A stretch of DNA of 64,000 nucleotides from Alphaproteobacteria bacterium. Lineage in GTDB: Bacteria > Pseudomonadota > Alphaproteobacteria > JAAXGF01. The notes beneath the pieces are model-generated. The model was not told where the DNA came from and did no database searches. It was given only the letters and a program-made list of their open reading frames with translations. Position 1 is the first letter of the stretch. The number at the start of each line of letters is the position of its first letter. The position numbers and the translations under genes are program-made. Shown piece by piece: positions 18,951 to 29,406 of the stretch. The stretch lies in contig CAUVXB020000002.1 in the NCBI GenBank assembly GCA_963555825.3, positions 1,280,001-1,344,000 of the forward strand, in the 5' to 3' direction.

Positions 18951-19892
18951 TCACGCGGATTTTTCCAGCTCCGCCTTGAGCTCGGGCAGGAGCGTGAACA
19001 GGTCGCCGACGATGCCGTAGTCGGCGACCTGGAAGATGGGCGCCTCCTCGTCCTTGTTGATCGCGACGATGACCTTCGAATCCTTCATGCCCGCGAGATG
19101 CTGGATGGCGCCCGAGATGCCGACCGCGATGTACAGCTCGGGCGCGACGATCTTGCCGGTCTGGCCGACCTGGTACTCGTTGGGTACATAGCCCGCGTCG
19201 ACCGCGGCGCGCGATGCGCCGACCGCGGCGCCCAAGAGATCGGCGATCTCCTCGAGCATGTGGAAGTTGTCGCCCGACTGCATGCCGCGGCCGCCCGAAA
19301 TGACGACGCCCGCGCTGACCAGCTCGGGCCGCTCCGAGCTCGACAGCTCGGCGCCTACGAAGCTCGAAAGACCCGCGTCGCCCGGCCCCGAGATCGCCTC
19401 GACCGCGGCCGTCCCGCCTTCCGCGGCGGCGGCCTCGAATGCCGTGGTGCGCACGGTGACGAGCTTGACCGCGTCGGTCGCCTGCACGGTGGCGAAGGCG
19501 TTGCCGGCATAGATCGGTCGCACGAAGGTGTCGGCCGAAACCACCTCGATGATGTCGGAGACCTGCGCGACGTCCAACAGCGCCGCGGCGCGCGGCATGA
19601 TGTTCTTGCCGCTCGTGTTGTGCGCGGCGAGCACGTGGCTGTAGCCAGGCGCGAGCTGGGCGATGAGCGGCGCGACGTTCTCGGCGAGGCGGTGACCGTA
19701 GGCCGCGTCGTCGGCGACCAGCACCTTGGCGACGCCGGCGACCTTGGCGGCGGCGGCGCCGACGGCGGCGCAATCCTGCCCGGTGACGACGACGTGAATG
19801 TCGGCATCGAGCTGCGCCGCGGCCGTGACGACGTTGAGCGTCGCGACCTTTAGTTCCGCGTTATCGTGTTCGGCGAAGACCAGGACAGACAT
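18951..19892 (-). CDS. etfA: Electron transfer flavoprotein alpha subunit
   Basis: [30 protein letters not shown] and GISGAIQH. Confidence 0.97.
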   Translation of the reverse strand: MSVLVFAEHDNAELKVATLNVVTAAAQLDADIHVVVTGQDCAAVGAAAAKVAGVAKVLVADDAAYGHRLAENVAPLIAQLAPGYSHVLAAHNTSGKNIMPRAAALLDVAQVSDIIEVVSADTFVRPIYAGNAFATVQATDAVKLVTVRTTAFEAAAAEGGTAAVEAISGPGDAGLSSFVGAELSSSERPELVSAGVVISGGRGMQSGDNFHMLEEIADLLGAAVGASRAAVDAGYVPNEYQVGQTGKIVAPELYIAVGISGAIQHLAGMKDSKVIVAINKDEEAPIFQVADYGIVGDLFTLLPELKAELEKSA

Positions 19893-20641
19893 CAGATAAC
19901 CCCCGCTTCATCGCGCAGTTTTGCGACCAGCTCGGCGACATCGGCGACCTTCACGCCGGCCTGGCGCTTGGGCGGCTCGACGACCTTGTGGACGACCAGC
20001 CGGGGCGTCACGTCGACGCCCAGGTCCTCGGGCGTCTTGACGTCGATCGGCTTCTTCTTGGCCTTCATGATGTTGGGCAGCGAAGCGTAGCGCGGCTCGT
20101 TGAGGCGCAAGTCCGTGGTCATCACGATCGGCATCTTGAGCGACACCGTCTCGAGGCCGCCGTCGACCTCGCGCGTACACCGCGCGCTGCCGTTCTCGAT
20201 GACGAGTTTCGAGGTGAAGGTGCCCTGCGCCCAGCCGAGCAGCGCCGACAGCATCTGGCCGGTCTGGCTCGAATCGTCGTCGATCGCCTGCTTGCCGAGG
20301 ATGACCAGGTCGGGCGCCTCTTCGTCGACCACCGCCTTGAGCAGCTTGGCGACGGCGAGCGGCTGCAGCTCGACATCGGTCTGGACCATGATGCCGCGGT
20401 CGGCGCCCATGGCGAGCGCCGTGCGGATCGTCTCCTGGCATCGCTCGATGCCGAGCGAGACGGCGATGATCTCGTTCGCCGTGCCGGCCTCCTTGAGGCG
20501 TATCGCCTCCTCGACGCCGATCTCATCGAACGGATTCATCGACATCTTGACGTTGGCGGTCTCGACACCCGTCTGGTCCGCCTTGACGCGCACCTTGACA
20601 TAGGCATCGATCACCCGCTTCACGGCGACGAGGACTTTCAT
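19892..20641 (-). CDS. etfB: Electron transfer flavoprotein beta subunit
   Basis: [25 protein letters not shown] and [17 protein letters not shown]; GGAG RBS. Confidence 0.97.
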   Translation of the reverse strand: MKVLVAVKRVIDAYVKVRVKADQTGVETANVKMSMNPFDEIGVEEAIRLKEAGTANEIIAVSLGIERCQETIRTALAMGADRGIMVQTDVELQPLAVAKLLKAVVDEEAPDLVILGKQAIDDDSSQTGQMLSALLGWAQGTFTSKLVIENGSARCTREVDGGLETVSLKMPIVMTTDLRLNEPRYASLPNIMKAKKKPIDVKTPEDLGVDVTPRLVVHKVVEPPKRQAGVKVADVAELVAKLRDEAGVI

Positions 20642-20657
20642 GCGGCACGACTCCGAT

Positions 20658-20926
20658 GTGATACCAAGGAGCAATGATTAAGACCCCTAGAGATCGCGTC
20701 CGCTTTTCGCCGGGTAGGAAGGGAGCCGCGGGCGATGCAGCGCATCGTCGAGGTTTCCTGACGCCCTCCGGCGATAAGCGGCCGCGACCCGAAGGGCGGC
20801 TTGCCGTGGCTCTCGGACGTCGTTCCGCCCGCCTTGCGATGCGCTGCATCGCCGTGACGGGCGCGCCTAGCCGAAAACCACGGGAAGCCGTCTCTAGGGG
20901 TCTTAATCATTGATCCTTGGTATCAC
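20658..20926. mobile_element. Palindromic MITE-like element, 269 bp
   Basis: 36-bp TIRs with one mismatch (20658-20693 and 20891-20926) and an internal inverted pair GCGATGCAGCGCATCG / CGATGCGCTGCATCGC; no transposase. Confidence 0.8.
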
Positions 20927-21090
20927 GCACTGGGGTGCAATCGGCGGGACTGAAAACGCGCGAACCCAGCGTCGTCGCCGGGGTCATTTCGCAGCCGCAC
21001 ACTATCGCCGGCTTTTGGGGATGTCAACGGGCTGTCACAGCCGTTTGAACGCCGTTGTGCGCTGCGGTCGAAGCGACTGTTTCGAGCGCC

Positions 21091-21648
21091 TCAGCGGTTC
21101 GCTCCGGGCACCCAGAGGACGTCCTTCTGGCCGTCGTCGTTGACCTGGCGGCCGAGCACGAAAAGGTGGTCCGACAGCCGGTTGATATAGCGCACCGCGG
21201 CCTCGTTGACCGGTTGCTCGGCCGCCAAGGCGGTGATCTCGCGCTCGGCGCGGCGCGTGAGCGTACGCGCGACGTGGAGATGGGCGGCCGCCTTGGTGCC
21301 GCCCGGCAGCACGAAAGAGGTCAGCGGGGCGAGCATGGCGTTGATCGCGTCGATCTCGGCTTCGAGGCGCTCGACCTGGGCATCGACGATGCGCAGCGCC
21401 TCGCGCTTGCCGTCGCCGGGCCGGCAGAGGTCGGCGCCGAGATCGAACAGATCATTCTGGATGCGTTGCAGCATCTCGTCGACCGCGGCCGAGACGTGCA
21501 GCCGGGCGACGCCGACCGCGGCGTTGGCCTCGTCGACCGCGCCGTAGGCCGCGACGCGCGGATCGTGCTTGGCGACGCGCGCGCCGTCGCCCAGCGAGGT
21601 CGCGCCCTTGTCGCCGCCCCGGGTGTAGATGCGCGTCAGCTTGACCAT
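21091..21648 (-). CDS. pduO: PduO-type cob(I)alamin adenosyltransferase
   Basis: RIYTRGGDKGATSL, YGAVDEAN, RRAER and YINRLSDHLF. Confidence 0.93.
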   Translation of the reverse strand: MVKLTRIYTRGGDKGATSLGDGARVAKHDPRVAAYGAVDEANAAVGVARLHVSAAVDEMLQRIQNDLFDLGADLCRPGDGKREALRIVDAQVERLEAEIDAINAMLAPLTSFVLPGGTKAAAHLHVARTLTRRAEREITALAAEQPVNEAAVRYINRLSDHLFVLGRQVNDDGQKDVLWVPGANR

Positions 21649-21674
21649 GACGGGGGCTCCGGGCTCGTTAAATT

Positions 21675-21825
21675 TCCGGTCATCGTTACGCGCGTCGAAG
21701 ATGACCTGCGCTCAATCGCCGCGCAGGCCAATCTATATCCCACAAGGACCGGCCGAACGGTCGGCGGCCTGCGGTCGCAGGCTGGTAGATTCCAAACGAT
21801 GTCCATCGATCGGATTATGCCCTAG
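21675..21825. repeat. Intergenic repeat element, copy 2 (terminal CTAG hit by IS630)
   Basis: Same blocks as 235-391, ending ATCGGATTATGCCCTAG; contains one 20-bp module at 21728-21747. Confidence 0.75.
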
Positions 21826-22943
21826 TGTCCCGATTCCGAAGTTCGCATGATTTTCGCCTGCTGTTCAGCGATTTCGATTGTTCGGAGGCAGAAGCGCTGG
21901 ATGGCGCCGAGGATGTCATCGGCGGATTTGGTCCATTTGAAGGGTTTGGGGTTCTGGTTTGTCGTGTCGATGTAGTCGAGGATGGTGCGCTCCAACTCCT
22001 TGGTGGAGCGATGGACGCCGCGCCTGATCTGCTTGTCGGTCAGCAGCCCGAACCAGCGCTCGACCTGGTTCAGCCAGGAGGCGCTGGTGGGTGTGAAATG
22101 GGCCTGCCAGCGCGGCCGTTTGGCGAACCAGTCGCGGATCGCCTTGGTCTTGTGGGTCCCGTAGTTGTCCATGACGATGTGGATGTCGAGATCAGCAGGG
22201 ACGTTCGCCTCGACGAGGTCGAGGAATTTGCGGAACTCTCGGGCCCGATGGCGCGGGAAACATTTGCCGATGATCTCTCCCGTGGCGATGTCGAGGGCCG
22301 CGAAGAGAGAGGTCGTGCCGTGGCGCTTGTAGTCGTGGCTGCGCCGCTCCGCCTGCCCGGGGCGCATCGGCAAGAGGGGCTGGGAACGGTCCAGGGCCTG
22401 GATCTGGCTCTTTTCGTCGACACAGAGAACCAGGGCACGATCCGGCGGCGCCAAATACAGACCGACGATGTCGCGGACCTTCTCCACGAAGAAGGGATCG
22501 CTCGACAGCTTGAAGGTCTCCGAGCGATGCGGCTGCAAGCCGAAGGCCCGCCAGATGCGATGAATGGTCGAGGGCGCGTGGCCGCTCGCCCGCGCCATCG
22601 AGCGAAGGCTCCAATGGGTCGCGTCCGGCGGCGTCTCTTCCAGCGTCAGCCGGACCGCTTCCGCGATGGCGTCATCGCCGATTTGACGCGGCGCGCCGGG
22701 GCGGGGTTCGTCGTACAGACCGTCGAGGCCCTCCGCCGCATAGCGGCGACGCCACTTGCCCACGGTGTCCGCGCTCGCCTCGAGACGAACGGCGATCTCC
22801 TTGTTCTCCAACCCTTCCGCCGCCGCCAAGACGATCCGAGCCCGCCGCGCAAGCCCCTGCGACGTCTTGCGACGACGAGACAGCGCCTCCAATTCGGCGC
22901 GCTCGTCATCGCTCAAAGAGATCGTCACCGCCACTCTCGCCAT
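21822..22943 (-). CDS. IS630 transposase (single intact ORF)
   Basis: HTH, then [27 protein letters not shown] and [10 protein letters not shown]. Confidence 0.93.
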   Translation of the reverse strand: MARVAVTISLSDDERAELEALSRRRKTSQGLARRARIVLAAAEGLENKEIAVRLEASADTVGKWRRRYAAEGLDGLYDEPRPGAPRQIGDDAIAEAVRLTLEETPPDATHWSLRSMARASGHAPSTIHRIWRAFGLQPHRSETFKLSSDPFFVEKVRDIVGLYLAPPDRALVLCVDEKSQIQALDRSQPLLPMRPGQAERRSHDYKRHGTTSLFAALDIATGEIIGKCFPRHRAREFRKFLDLVEANVPADLDIHIVMDNYGTHKTKAIRDWFAKRPRWQAHFTPTSASWLNQVERWFGLLTDKQIRRGVHRSTKELERTILDYIDTTNQNPKPFKWTKSADDILGAIQRFCLRTIEIAEQQAKIMRTSESGH

Positions 22944-23003
22944 CAATCGCGCCTCCTAAAAACAAATAGAGACATAATCATATCAATTTATCGATCAGGA
23001 CAC
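21825..23003 (-). mobile_element. IS630-family insertion sequence (element B)
   Basis: Ends GTGTCC...GGACAC, each flanked by TA within CTAG. Confidence 0.9.
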
Positions 23004-23191
23004 TAGCCGCGGTTGATAAGGTAGAGGACGAACAGCAGCGCGATGGCGAGCGCCTGCACGGTGACGCGCGCGCGCATCAGCTTGTTGCCGTATTTGCGGT
23101 TGAATTCGCCGCCGCGCAACATCGCGATGACGCCGGCGATCAGCACGATCGCCGTGGCGGCGAGCGCGGCGATGATGAGCGCGTTGAGCAC
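23003..23191 (-). CDS. HIG1-domain twin-transmembrane small protein, 62 aa
   Basis: GVIAMLRGG...NKLMRARVTVQALAI; GTG start with GGAG RBS; usual position upstream of pduO-etfBA. Confidence 0.85.
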   Translation of the reverse strand: MLNALIIAALAATAIVLIAGVIAMLRGGEFNRKYGNKLMRARVTVQALAIALLFVLYLINRG

Positions 23192-23329
23192 GGGTGCGGT
23201 TTCTCCTTCCCGTCGACTATAGGGTGCGGGACCGCCGCCGGGCCAGAGCCGATGGGCCGCTCTTGCAGGCTTCATCGGTTTCAACTGGTCTCTCGCTTGA
23301 TGAGGAGCGGCTTTGGCTTCTCGGCGGAT

Positions 23330-24553
23330 TTAATCCGCTTTAGCCATCGCGTTAATCGTCTTCACTAGCCTTCGCCCCACCGTCTCCGCCTCTCCATCCT
23401 TCAAACACTCGGCACCCAGCCACAGGGCCGGCCCATGGTGTACGGCGGCGAATATACGCGGATGGTCAGCCATGAGTCGCTCCGACAGCGTCGCCGGCGC
23501 GAGGCCGGCAAGCGGACCTTCGAAGCTCAGGAGCAGGTATGGGGCGCGGCCCTCTTCAGAGATCAGCCAGCGATGGGCGACGCCGGGGATGCTGGCGACC
23601 GCGGCTTCGATGGTCTCGAGCGCGGCGCGCCAGCGGCGGGTGTCGGTGGCGTGGTCGCGCGCCACGTAGTCGTGCAACGCAACGATCAGGCCGGCGATCT
23701 GCTCCTTGCCGATCTTCAGGCTGCGGCCGAGACCCATGAATCGGTCGTCGGGATCGGCGCGGCCGGTGGTCTCGGCCAGAACATCGAGGTCTTGATGCTG
23801 CAAGACCATCGAGCGCAGGAGGGCACGGCGGCAGGCGATGAAGCCGCTGGCCGGAGGGCCCTGCATCGCCTTGCTACCGGCGAAGGCGACGGCATCGGCG
23901 CCGGCCGTGACGATGGCGCGCAGGTTCTCCGCTGGCGGCAAGGCCATTGAGGCATCGACCACAACCGGGATGCCGGCGGCATGGGCGACGGCGGCCACTT
24001 CGACCAGAGGCGGCACCCCGCTCGGCTCCTTGTAAGGCGGGCCGGTGCAGTCAAAGAAGACACAGGCCACGTCGGGGTCGAGGGCCTCACGCAGGTATGC
24101 CAGCGGATCGGATGCGGCGGCGTCGACGAGACGCAACCGGGCGCCGGTTGCCCGCAGCGCGACGTCGTAATAGCCCCGGTGTTGCTTGAACATGACCACC
24201 GTGTGCGGCGGGTCGTCGATCCGCGGCAGCGCCTTGATGCGCTCCGGATCCTCGCCGGCGATGCAAGCGGCGACGGAGAGCGTCAGGCCGGCGGCAGCGC
24301 CAGGCAGGGCATACCCGGCTTCGGCTCCGGTCGCCTCGGCGACCGCGCTCGAGAGGGCCTCCTGCAACTCCGCCATGGGGACGAAAACCGCGGCCATCTC
24401 TCGCATCGCAGCTATCACCCGGGGGCTTAGGCTGGCGTTGCCCATCGTCGTCCACGGCCCGGTGGCGTTGATGACGGACTCGATGCCGAGCTCGGTCAGG
24501 ATGGTTGCCCGCGGGCGAGCGCCGCTCTGGGCAGTCTGAGGCGGAATGGTCAT
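23330..24553 (-). CDS. SelA-like/DgaE-family PLP-dependent enzyme
   Basis: VINATGPWT.MG, VVVDAS, FAGSKAMQGP (PLP lysine) and GRSLKIGKEQ; lacks the N-terminal domain of true SelA. Confidence 0.8.
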   Translation of the reverse strand: MTIPPQTAQSGARPRATILTELGIESVINATGPWTTMGNASLSPRVIAAMREMAAVFVPMAELQEALSSAVAEATGAEAGYALPGAAAGLTLSVAACIAGEDPERIKALPRIDDPPHTVVMFKQHRGYYDVALRATGARLRLVDAAASDPLAYLREALDPDVACVFFDCTGPPYKEPSGVPPLVEVAAVAHAAGIPVVVDASMALPPAENLRAIVTAGADAVAFAGSKAMQGPPASGFIACRRALLRSMVLQHQDLDVLAETTGRADPDDRFMGLGRSLKIGKEQIAGLIVALHDYVARDHATDTRRWRAALETIEAAVASIPGVAHRWLISEEGRAPYLLLSFEGPLAGLAPATLSERLMADHPRIFAAVHHGPALWLGAECLKDGEAETVGRRLVKTINAMAKAD

Positions 24554-24687
24554 GGCGTGGTTCGGGTGCAAATCAGCTTGTTGCCGTATTTACGGTTAAA
24601 TTCGCCGCCGCGCAACATCGCGATGACGCCGGCGATCAGCACGATCACCGTGGCGGCGAGCGCGGCGATGATGAGCGCGTTGAGCAT
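24550..24687 (-). pseudogene. Truncated duplicate of the HIG1-domain gene (45 aa)
   Basis: 24572-24686 matches 23076-23190 at 112 of 115 nt; has its own GGGAGG RBS and ATG; its stop overlaps the PLP-enzyme ATG (ATGA). Confidence 0.8.
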
Positions 24688-24808
24688 CGGCGGCCTCCCT
24701 CGATCCGCCAAGAGACGGCGATTCTGGCACGATGGGCGCGATTATGACAATGCACAGTGCGTCCGACTACGCTAATGTCGGGACAGGATCCGAACTCGGG
24801 AGGCGACA

Positions 24809-25579
24809 ATGGCCACCACCCCCGCACCGCAAGTGTTGCCGTGCGCGTGTAGCCCCGCCGAGTGGGAGACGCGCATCGAGCAGGCCGCGCTTTACCGGCT
24901 GCTTGATCTTTACGGTATGTCCGACCTCGCCAACCAGGTCGTCGGCGCGCGCGTCAAGGATGAGCCGGACCGATATCTGCTGCACCAATACGGCATGTTC
25001 TACGAGGAGGTCACCGCGTCGTCGCTGATCAAGACCGACGCCGTGGGTGCACCTGTCGATCCGGCGATGCCGGCGCCGGTCGACGGCGCCCAGAACCTCG
25101 CCAAGTGGATCTTCGGCGCGCGCCCCGAGGCCAATTTTTTCATCCACGGCCATTGCGAAGACGTCATGGCGGTAAGCGCGACCAAACGGGGCCTGCAGGC
25201 CGTCTCGCAAGCCGCCGTCTATTTGATGCACCTGACGACCTACATCGATTACGAGTTCTTCGAGGACGACGAATACACCGAGAAATTCACGCGTACGCTG
25301 GGCGCTCACGACATCATGATCACGCGCAACCATGGCTACTACGTGCTCGGCCGCTCGGCGTCCGAAGCATTTTTCCGGACCTATTATTTGCGCCAGGCGT
25401 GCTCGGTGCAGGTCAAGGTGCTTTCGATGGGCGAGGAACCACACATTATCGACCCCCAGGAAGTCGCGCGCTTCCAGGACCAGATGTACGGCTCGCCCGA
25501 CTACAACTACGACGGCTCGACCGAATGGGCAGCGCTCATTCGCAAGCTCGACCGCGAGCAGCCCGACTACAAGACCTGA
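24809..25579 (+). CDS. Class II aldolase/adducin-family protein
   Basis: YGMFYEEVTASSLIK, IHGH and RNHG metal-binding motifs. Confidence 0.88.
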   Translation: MATTPAPQVLPCACSPAEWETRIEQAALYRLLDLYGMSDLANQVVGARVKDEPDRYLLHQYGMFYEEVTASSLIKTDAVGAPVDPAMPAPVDGAQNLAKWIFGARPEANFFIHGHCEDVMAVSATKRGLQAVSQAAVYLMHLTTYIDYEFFEDDEYTEKFTRTLGAHDIMITRNHGYYVLGRSASEAFFRTYYLRQACSVQVKVLSMGEEPHIIDPQEVARFQDQMYGSPDYNYDGSTEWAALIRKLDREQPDYKT

Positions 25580-25603
25580 GCGCAAGCGCGACGAGCCGGA
25601 GGT

Positions 25604-27607
25604 TTACGCTGGCAAGCCGGCCTTGCGAAGTCCGTCGAGGAATCTTGCCTGGTCGTTTGGATCCTCGAATTCCCCGAACCGCGACCAATAGGCACACCAG
25701 CCCTCGATGTCGTCCTCGTCGGGTGTGCTCGGGTCGCTCGGCGTGAGTTCCCGCACCTCGGCGGCGGCCGCGTGGGCCTGCGCGTCACGGCCGAGCTGGG
25801 CATAGCAGGCCGCGATCCAAGCCGGACGGTGGAGGCCCCAGCCTTTGACCTTGCCGAAGGCCGCCAGCGCCTCTTCGTATCGTCCGGCGCCATACTCGGC
25901 CATGCCGAGGGTGTACAGGCAGTTGTCTGGCACCAGCGGGTTGAGGCGCATGGCCTCGAGGGAGCATTCGACGGCTTCGGAGGGATGGTCACTGAAAACG
26001 AGGAACCAAGCCTTCGTGCAGATGTTGTGGTAGTCGTTCGGGTTCAGCTCGAGCGCCTTATCGATATGCACCATCGCCAGTTCGTGTTGGCCGCGATAGA
26101 AGCAGGCGGACGCGATGGCATAGCGGGCCGGACTGTCCGCGTCGTCGAGGGCGACGGCCTTCTGCGCGAGATCATAAGCGCGGACGAGCGCCTCCTCGGG
26201 CGCTTCGGACCAGTTCTCCTCGTACTCGTGGATATAGCTGATCGACAGCCCCGCTACGGCCGCGGCGTAATCGGGGTCGAGTTCCAGCGCCCGCTCGAAG
26301 TGGCGGCGCGCTTCGAGTTCGCCGTCTTTCGTGTAGCGGTTCAGACATTGGCGGCCCTTGAGCAGGGAGTCGTATGCGACCGGGCCCCCGGAAGTTTTCT
26401 TCGCCGCGCGGCGTAGCTCCAGATGCTCGATCTGGCCCGCCAGCGTGGCGACGATGATGTCGGTGATCTCGTCCTCGACGGCGAAGATATCGTCGAGGTC
26501 GCGGTCATAGTGCTCGGCCCAAAGGCGCTGGCCGGTCGCCGCGTCGACGAGCTGCGCGGTCACTCGGACGCGCTCGGCGGCCTTGCGCACGCTGCCCTCG
26601 ACGATATGGGCGACGCCGAGGGTGCGGCCGATGTCGCGCAAATCGGCGGCGTGTTCGCGCACAATCAGGATCGACTTCACACCGATCACGAGGATTTCGC
26701 GGAACCGCGTGAGCCCGGCGATGACGTTCTCGGTCAGGCCGTCGGCGAAATAGGCTTGGTCGGGATCGCCGCTCTTGTTCTCGAAGGGCAGCACGGCGAC
26801 CGACGGCCCATCGGGCAGCGGCGGGTCGTCGGCCACTTGCTCTAGCGCCGTATCGGTCTCGCCCTCGGGCGCGGCCGCGCGTTGTTGGCGGATGTCGCGG
26901 TAGAGCGCGACGGTCTCGGGCTCGGGCTCAACGCCCAACTCACGCTTCAGGATTTCGCGGCAGGTCTCGAACTGCTTCAGCGCCGAGGCACGGCGCCCCT
27001 GCGCTGCATAGGCACGCATCAGGATGCGATGCGCCGCCTCGCGCAGCGGATCGAGGTTCAGCAGACGGGCCGCCGTCTCGACGCAACGTTCGGTATCGCC
27101 GACCTCGTCGCAATGGGCGATCAGCTTGGTCAGCACGGCGGACGCCTGGCGGCGCAGGCGTTCGCGCTCGGCCCGGGCCCAGGCCTCGAACGAGTCCTCC
27201 TTGAGGCTGAAGCCGTCCAAGAGGTCGCCCTTGTAGAGCGTGGCCGCGCGCTTCAGGGCGCCGGGCGTCGCCTCGGCGGCGAGCCGCTCGAATTTTGCGA
27301 CGTCGAGGTCGATGTCCTCCCCGGCGAGCGAGATCTGGTCGCCGTCGGTGACCAGATAAGCGGCCTCGTCGCCGTTCAGGGCCTTCCTGAGCGTCGAGAG
27401 CGCCTGGCGCAGATCGGCGCGCGCCTGTTCCTCGGCGCTGTTGCCCCAGAGCAATTCGGCGAGCTTCTCGCGCGACTGACCGCGGTCGCCCTGCAGCGCA
27501 AGATAAGCGACCAGCGCCCTCGCCTTCCTGGTCAGCGAGGCCCTGGCCGACGCTTCGCCGCCGGTAATATCGAGACCGCCGAGAAGCGCGATGCGCAATC
27601 CGGCCAT
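25604..27607 (-). CDS. SARP/BTAD transcriptional regulator with TolB-like domain and TPRs
   Basis: N-terminal wHTH (LLGG..SREKLAELLW), BTAD (DPLREAAHR..LMR, ELGVEPEPET), SVAVLPFEN/EGSVR TolB-like segment, C-terminal TPRs. Confidence 0.88.
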   Translation of the reverse strand: MAGLRIALLGGLDITGGEASARASLTRKARALVAYLALQGDRGQSREKLAELLWGNSAEEQARADLRQALSTLRKALNGDEAAYLVTDGDQISLAGEDIDLDVAKFERLAAEATPGALKRAATLYKGDLLDGFSLKEDSFEAWARAERERLRRQASAVLTKLIAHCDEVGDTERCVETAARLLNLDPLREAAHRILMRAYAAQGRRASALKQFETCREILKRELGVEPEPETVALYRDIRQQRAAAPEGETDTALEQVADDPPLPDGPSVAVLPFENKSGDPDQAYFADGLTENVIAGLTRFREILVIGVKSILIVREHAADLRDIGRTLGVAHIVEGSVRKAAERVRVTAQLVDAATGQRLWAEHYDRDLDDIFAVEDEITDIIVATLAGQIEHLELRRAAKKTSGGPVAYDSLLKGRQCLNRYTKDGELEARRHFERALELDPDYAAAVAGLSISYIHEYEENWSEAPEEALVRAYDLAQKAVALDDADSPARYAIASACFYRGQHELAMVHIDKALELNPNDYHNICTKAWFLVFSDHPSEAVECSLEAMRLNPLVPDNCLYTLGMAEYGAGRYEEALAAFGKVKGWGLHRPAWIAACYAQLGRDAQAHAAAAEVRELTPSDPSTPDEDDIEGWCAYWSRFGEFEDPNDQARFLDGLRKAGLPA

Positions 27608-27810
27608 TGGTTTCCCCCCCGATGTCGCCCGAAGCATCGCACGCTCGCCGGCACTTTTCACAAAAAACCGACCCGGCAACCCGAATCGGGTCCGAATTTA
27701 CGAATTTTTCACAGTTCCACATACGCGGCCGGCACGCCGTACTGGCAATCTGGTTTCCAGTTCAATCAGGTAACCCATTTATAAACAGGCTAAAACAGGA
27801 GAATACCCCA

Positions 27811-28443
27811 ATGACCTACGTCGATTGGCAGATCAAGGGCGCCAAGATCAGCGCCTGCAATTGCAACTACGGCTGCCCGTGCCAGTTTAACGCGCCGCCG
27901 AGCTATGACAAATGCGAGGGGGTGGACGTGCTCGAAATCGAGGAGGGGCACTTCGGCGACGTCTCGCTCGACGGCCTGCGCGTCGGCTGTCTCGCGGGTT
28001 GGCCGGGCGCGATCCACGAGGGCGACGGCGTCGGCCAGGTGATCATCGACGAGCGCGCCGACGAGGCACAGCGCGACGCGCTCTACAAGATCGTCTCGGG
28101 CGAGGAGCAGGAACCGACCACCGCGTTCAGCATTTACGCCTCGACCATGCACGAGGACTACGCGGCGCTCTACAAGCCGATCGAGATGCGTTCCGACCTC
28201 GAGGCGCGCACCGCCGCGGTCTTCATTGCCGGTGTCGTCGAGATCGAGGTCCAGCCGATCCGCAACGCGGTCACCGGCGAGCCGCACCACGCGCGCGTCG
28301 TTCTGCCGCAGGGTTTCGAGTTCGACGAGGCCGAGCTCGCCAGCGCCAGTTTCACCGCGCTCGGCGAATTCACTTTCGACTACAAGGAACGCTCGGCCAT
28401 CTTCTCGCGCTTCGCCTATGGTCCGCAGGGAATCGTGAACTGA
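27811..28443 (+). CDS. DUF1326-family predicted metal-binding protein
   Basis: ACNCNYGCPC, IEEGHFGDVSLDGL, WPGAIHEG and IIDERADEAQR; AGGAG RBS. Confidence 0.85.
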   Translation: MTYVDWQIKGAKISACNCNYGCPCQFNAPPSYDKCEGVDVLEIEEGHFGDVSLDGLRVGCLAGWPGAIHEGDGVGQVIIDERADEAQRDALYKIVSGEEQEPTTAFSIYASTMHEDYAALYKPIEMRSDLEARTAAVFIAGVVEIEVQPIRNAVTGEPHHARVVLPQGFEFDEAELASASFTALGEFTFDYKERSAIFSRFAYGPQGIVN

Positions 28444-28467
28444 GCCTCGGCAATCAACGGGAGGACA

Positions 28468-29368
28468 ATGATGACCGGTTCGAACGCCCCGCCAAATGCT
28501 ACCAAGCGGGTCTCTGTGATCGGCCTGGGCAGCATGGGCAGCGCCCTTGCTGAAGCCTTGATCAACGCCGGTCACGAAGTCACGGGTTGGAATCGTACGC
28601 CAGGCAAGTGCGATGCATTGGTCGCGAAGGGGGCAAGCGCCGCGGGATCGGTGGCCGAGGCCGCAAGGGCGTCCGACGTCGTCATCGTCTGCTTGACCGA
28701 TCATGCCTCGAGCACGTTGGTTCTGCATACCGATGAGGTGGCCGGCGCGCTGCGCGGCAAGACGCTGGTGCAGCTCGGCACCGTCACCGCCGAGGAATCG
28801 CGCGACATGGGCCGCTGGGCAGATGAGCATGGCATCGGCTATCTCGACGGGTCGATCTTTGGCTACCCTCAGGATGTCCTGAACAACGACTGCACGATCG
28901 TCTATTCCGGTCCAAAGAGCGTCTTCGACACCAGCGAAGGTGTGCTTTCGGCCATGGGAGGCAAACCGAAACTCGTTGGTGAAGCGATCGGCGGCGCACT
29001 GACATTCGACAAGACGATCTATGCGTATTCCTATGGGTCAATTCTCGGCTTCCTGCACGGCGCCGCGATTTGTCACGCTGCCGGGTTATCCCTGGAGACC
29101 TATGTGGAACAAGTCGTCGGCTTCGGGGCGGGGTCGAAACCCCGCTTGGGCGAGATGTTGGTAAAGCAGTCGTACGAAGCGTCCGGGGGCGACAATGGAG
29201 ATCGAAGCGGCGGCGTACGGTCACGTCGTCAGGCTAATCGACGAATTTGGCCTCGACGCGACATTCTCGACGGCAGTGTCGGACCTTTTCGAGCGCGCCA
29301 TGGCCGATGGCCTCGGCGAGCAGGGGATCGCCGCCATGTTCAAAGTGTTGATCAAGAAGAGCGGGTGA
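28468..29368 (+). CDS. NAD(P)H-dependent imine-reductase (IRED)-like oxidoreductase, frameshifted in the G5 run at 29185-29189
   Basis: GLGSMGSALA...WNRTPGK and YLDGSI. Removing one G restores ATMEIEAAAYGH...AMADGLGEQGIAAMFKVL to TGA at 29368. Confidence 0.78.
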
Positions 29369-29406
29369 TTGGATCGAAAGTTCGAGTTCCTGAGTTGGCT
29401 GACACC

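Noticed and set aside
20638-20913. Two small opposite-strand ORFs both starting MIKTPRD
   Set aside because: They are by-products of the MITE's terminal inverted repeats.
23330-24553. True selenocysteine synthase SelA and a selenoprotein system
   Set aside because: It lacks the SelA N-terminal domain, its motifs fit the DgaE/SelA-like group, and I saw no selB, selC or selD in the window.
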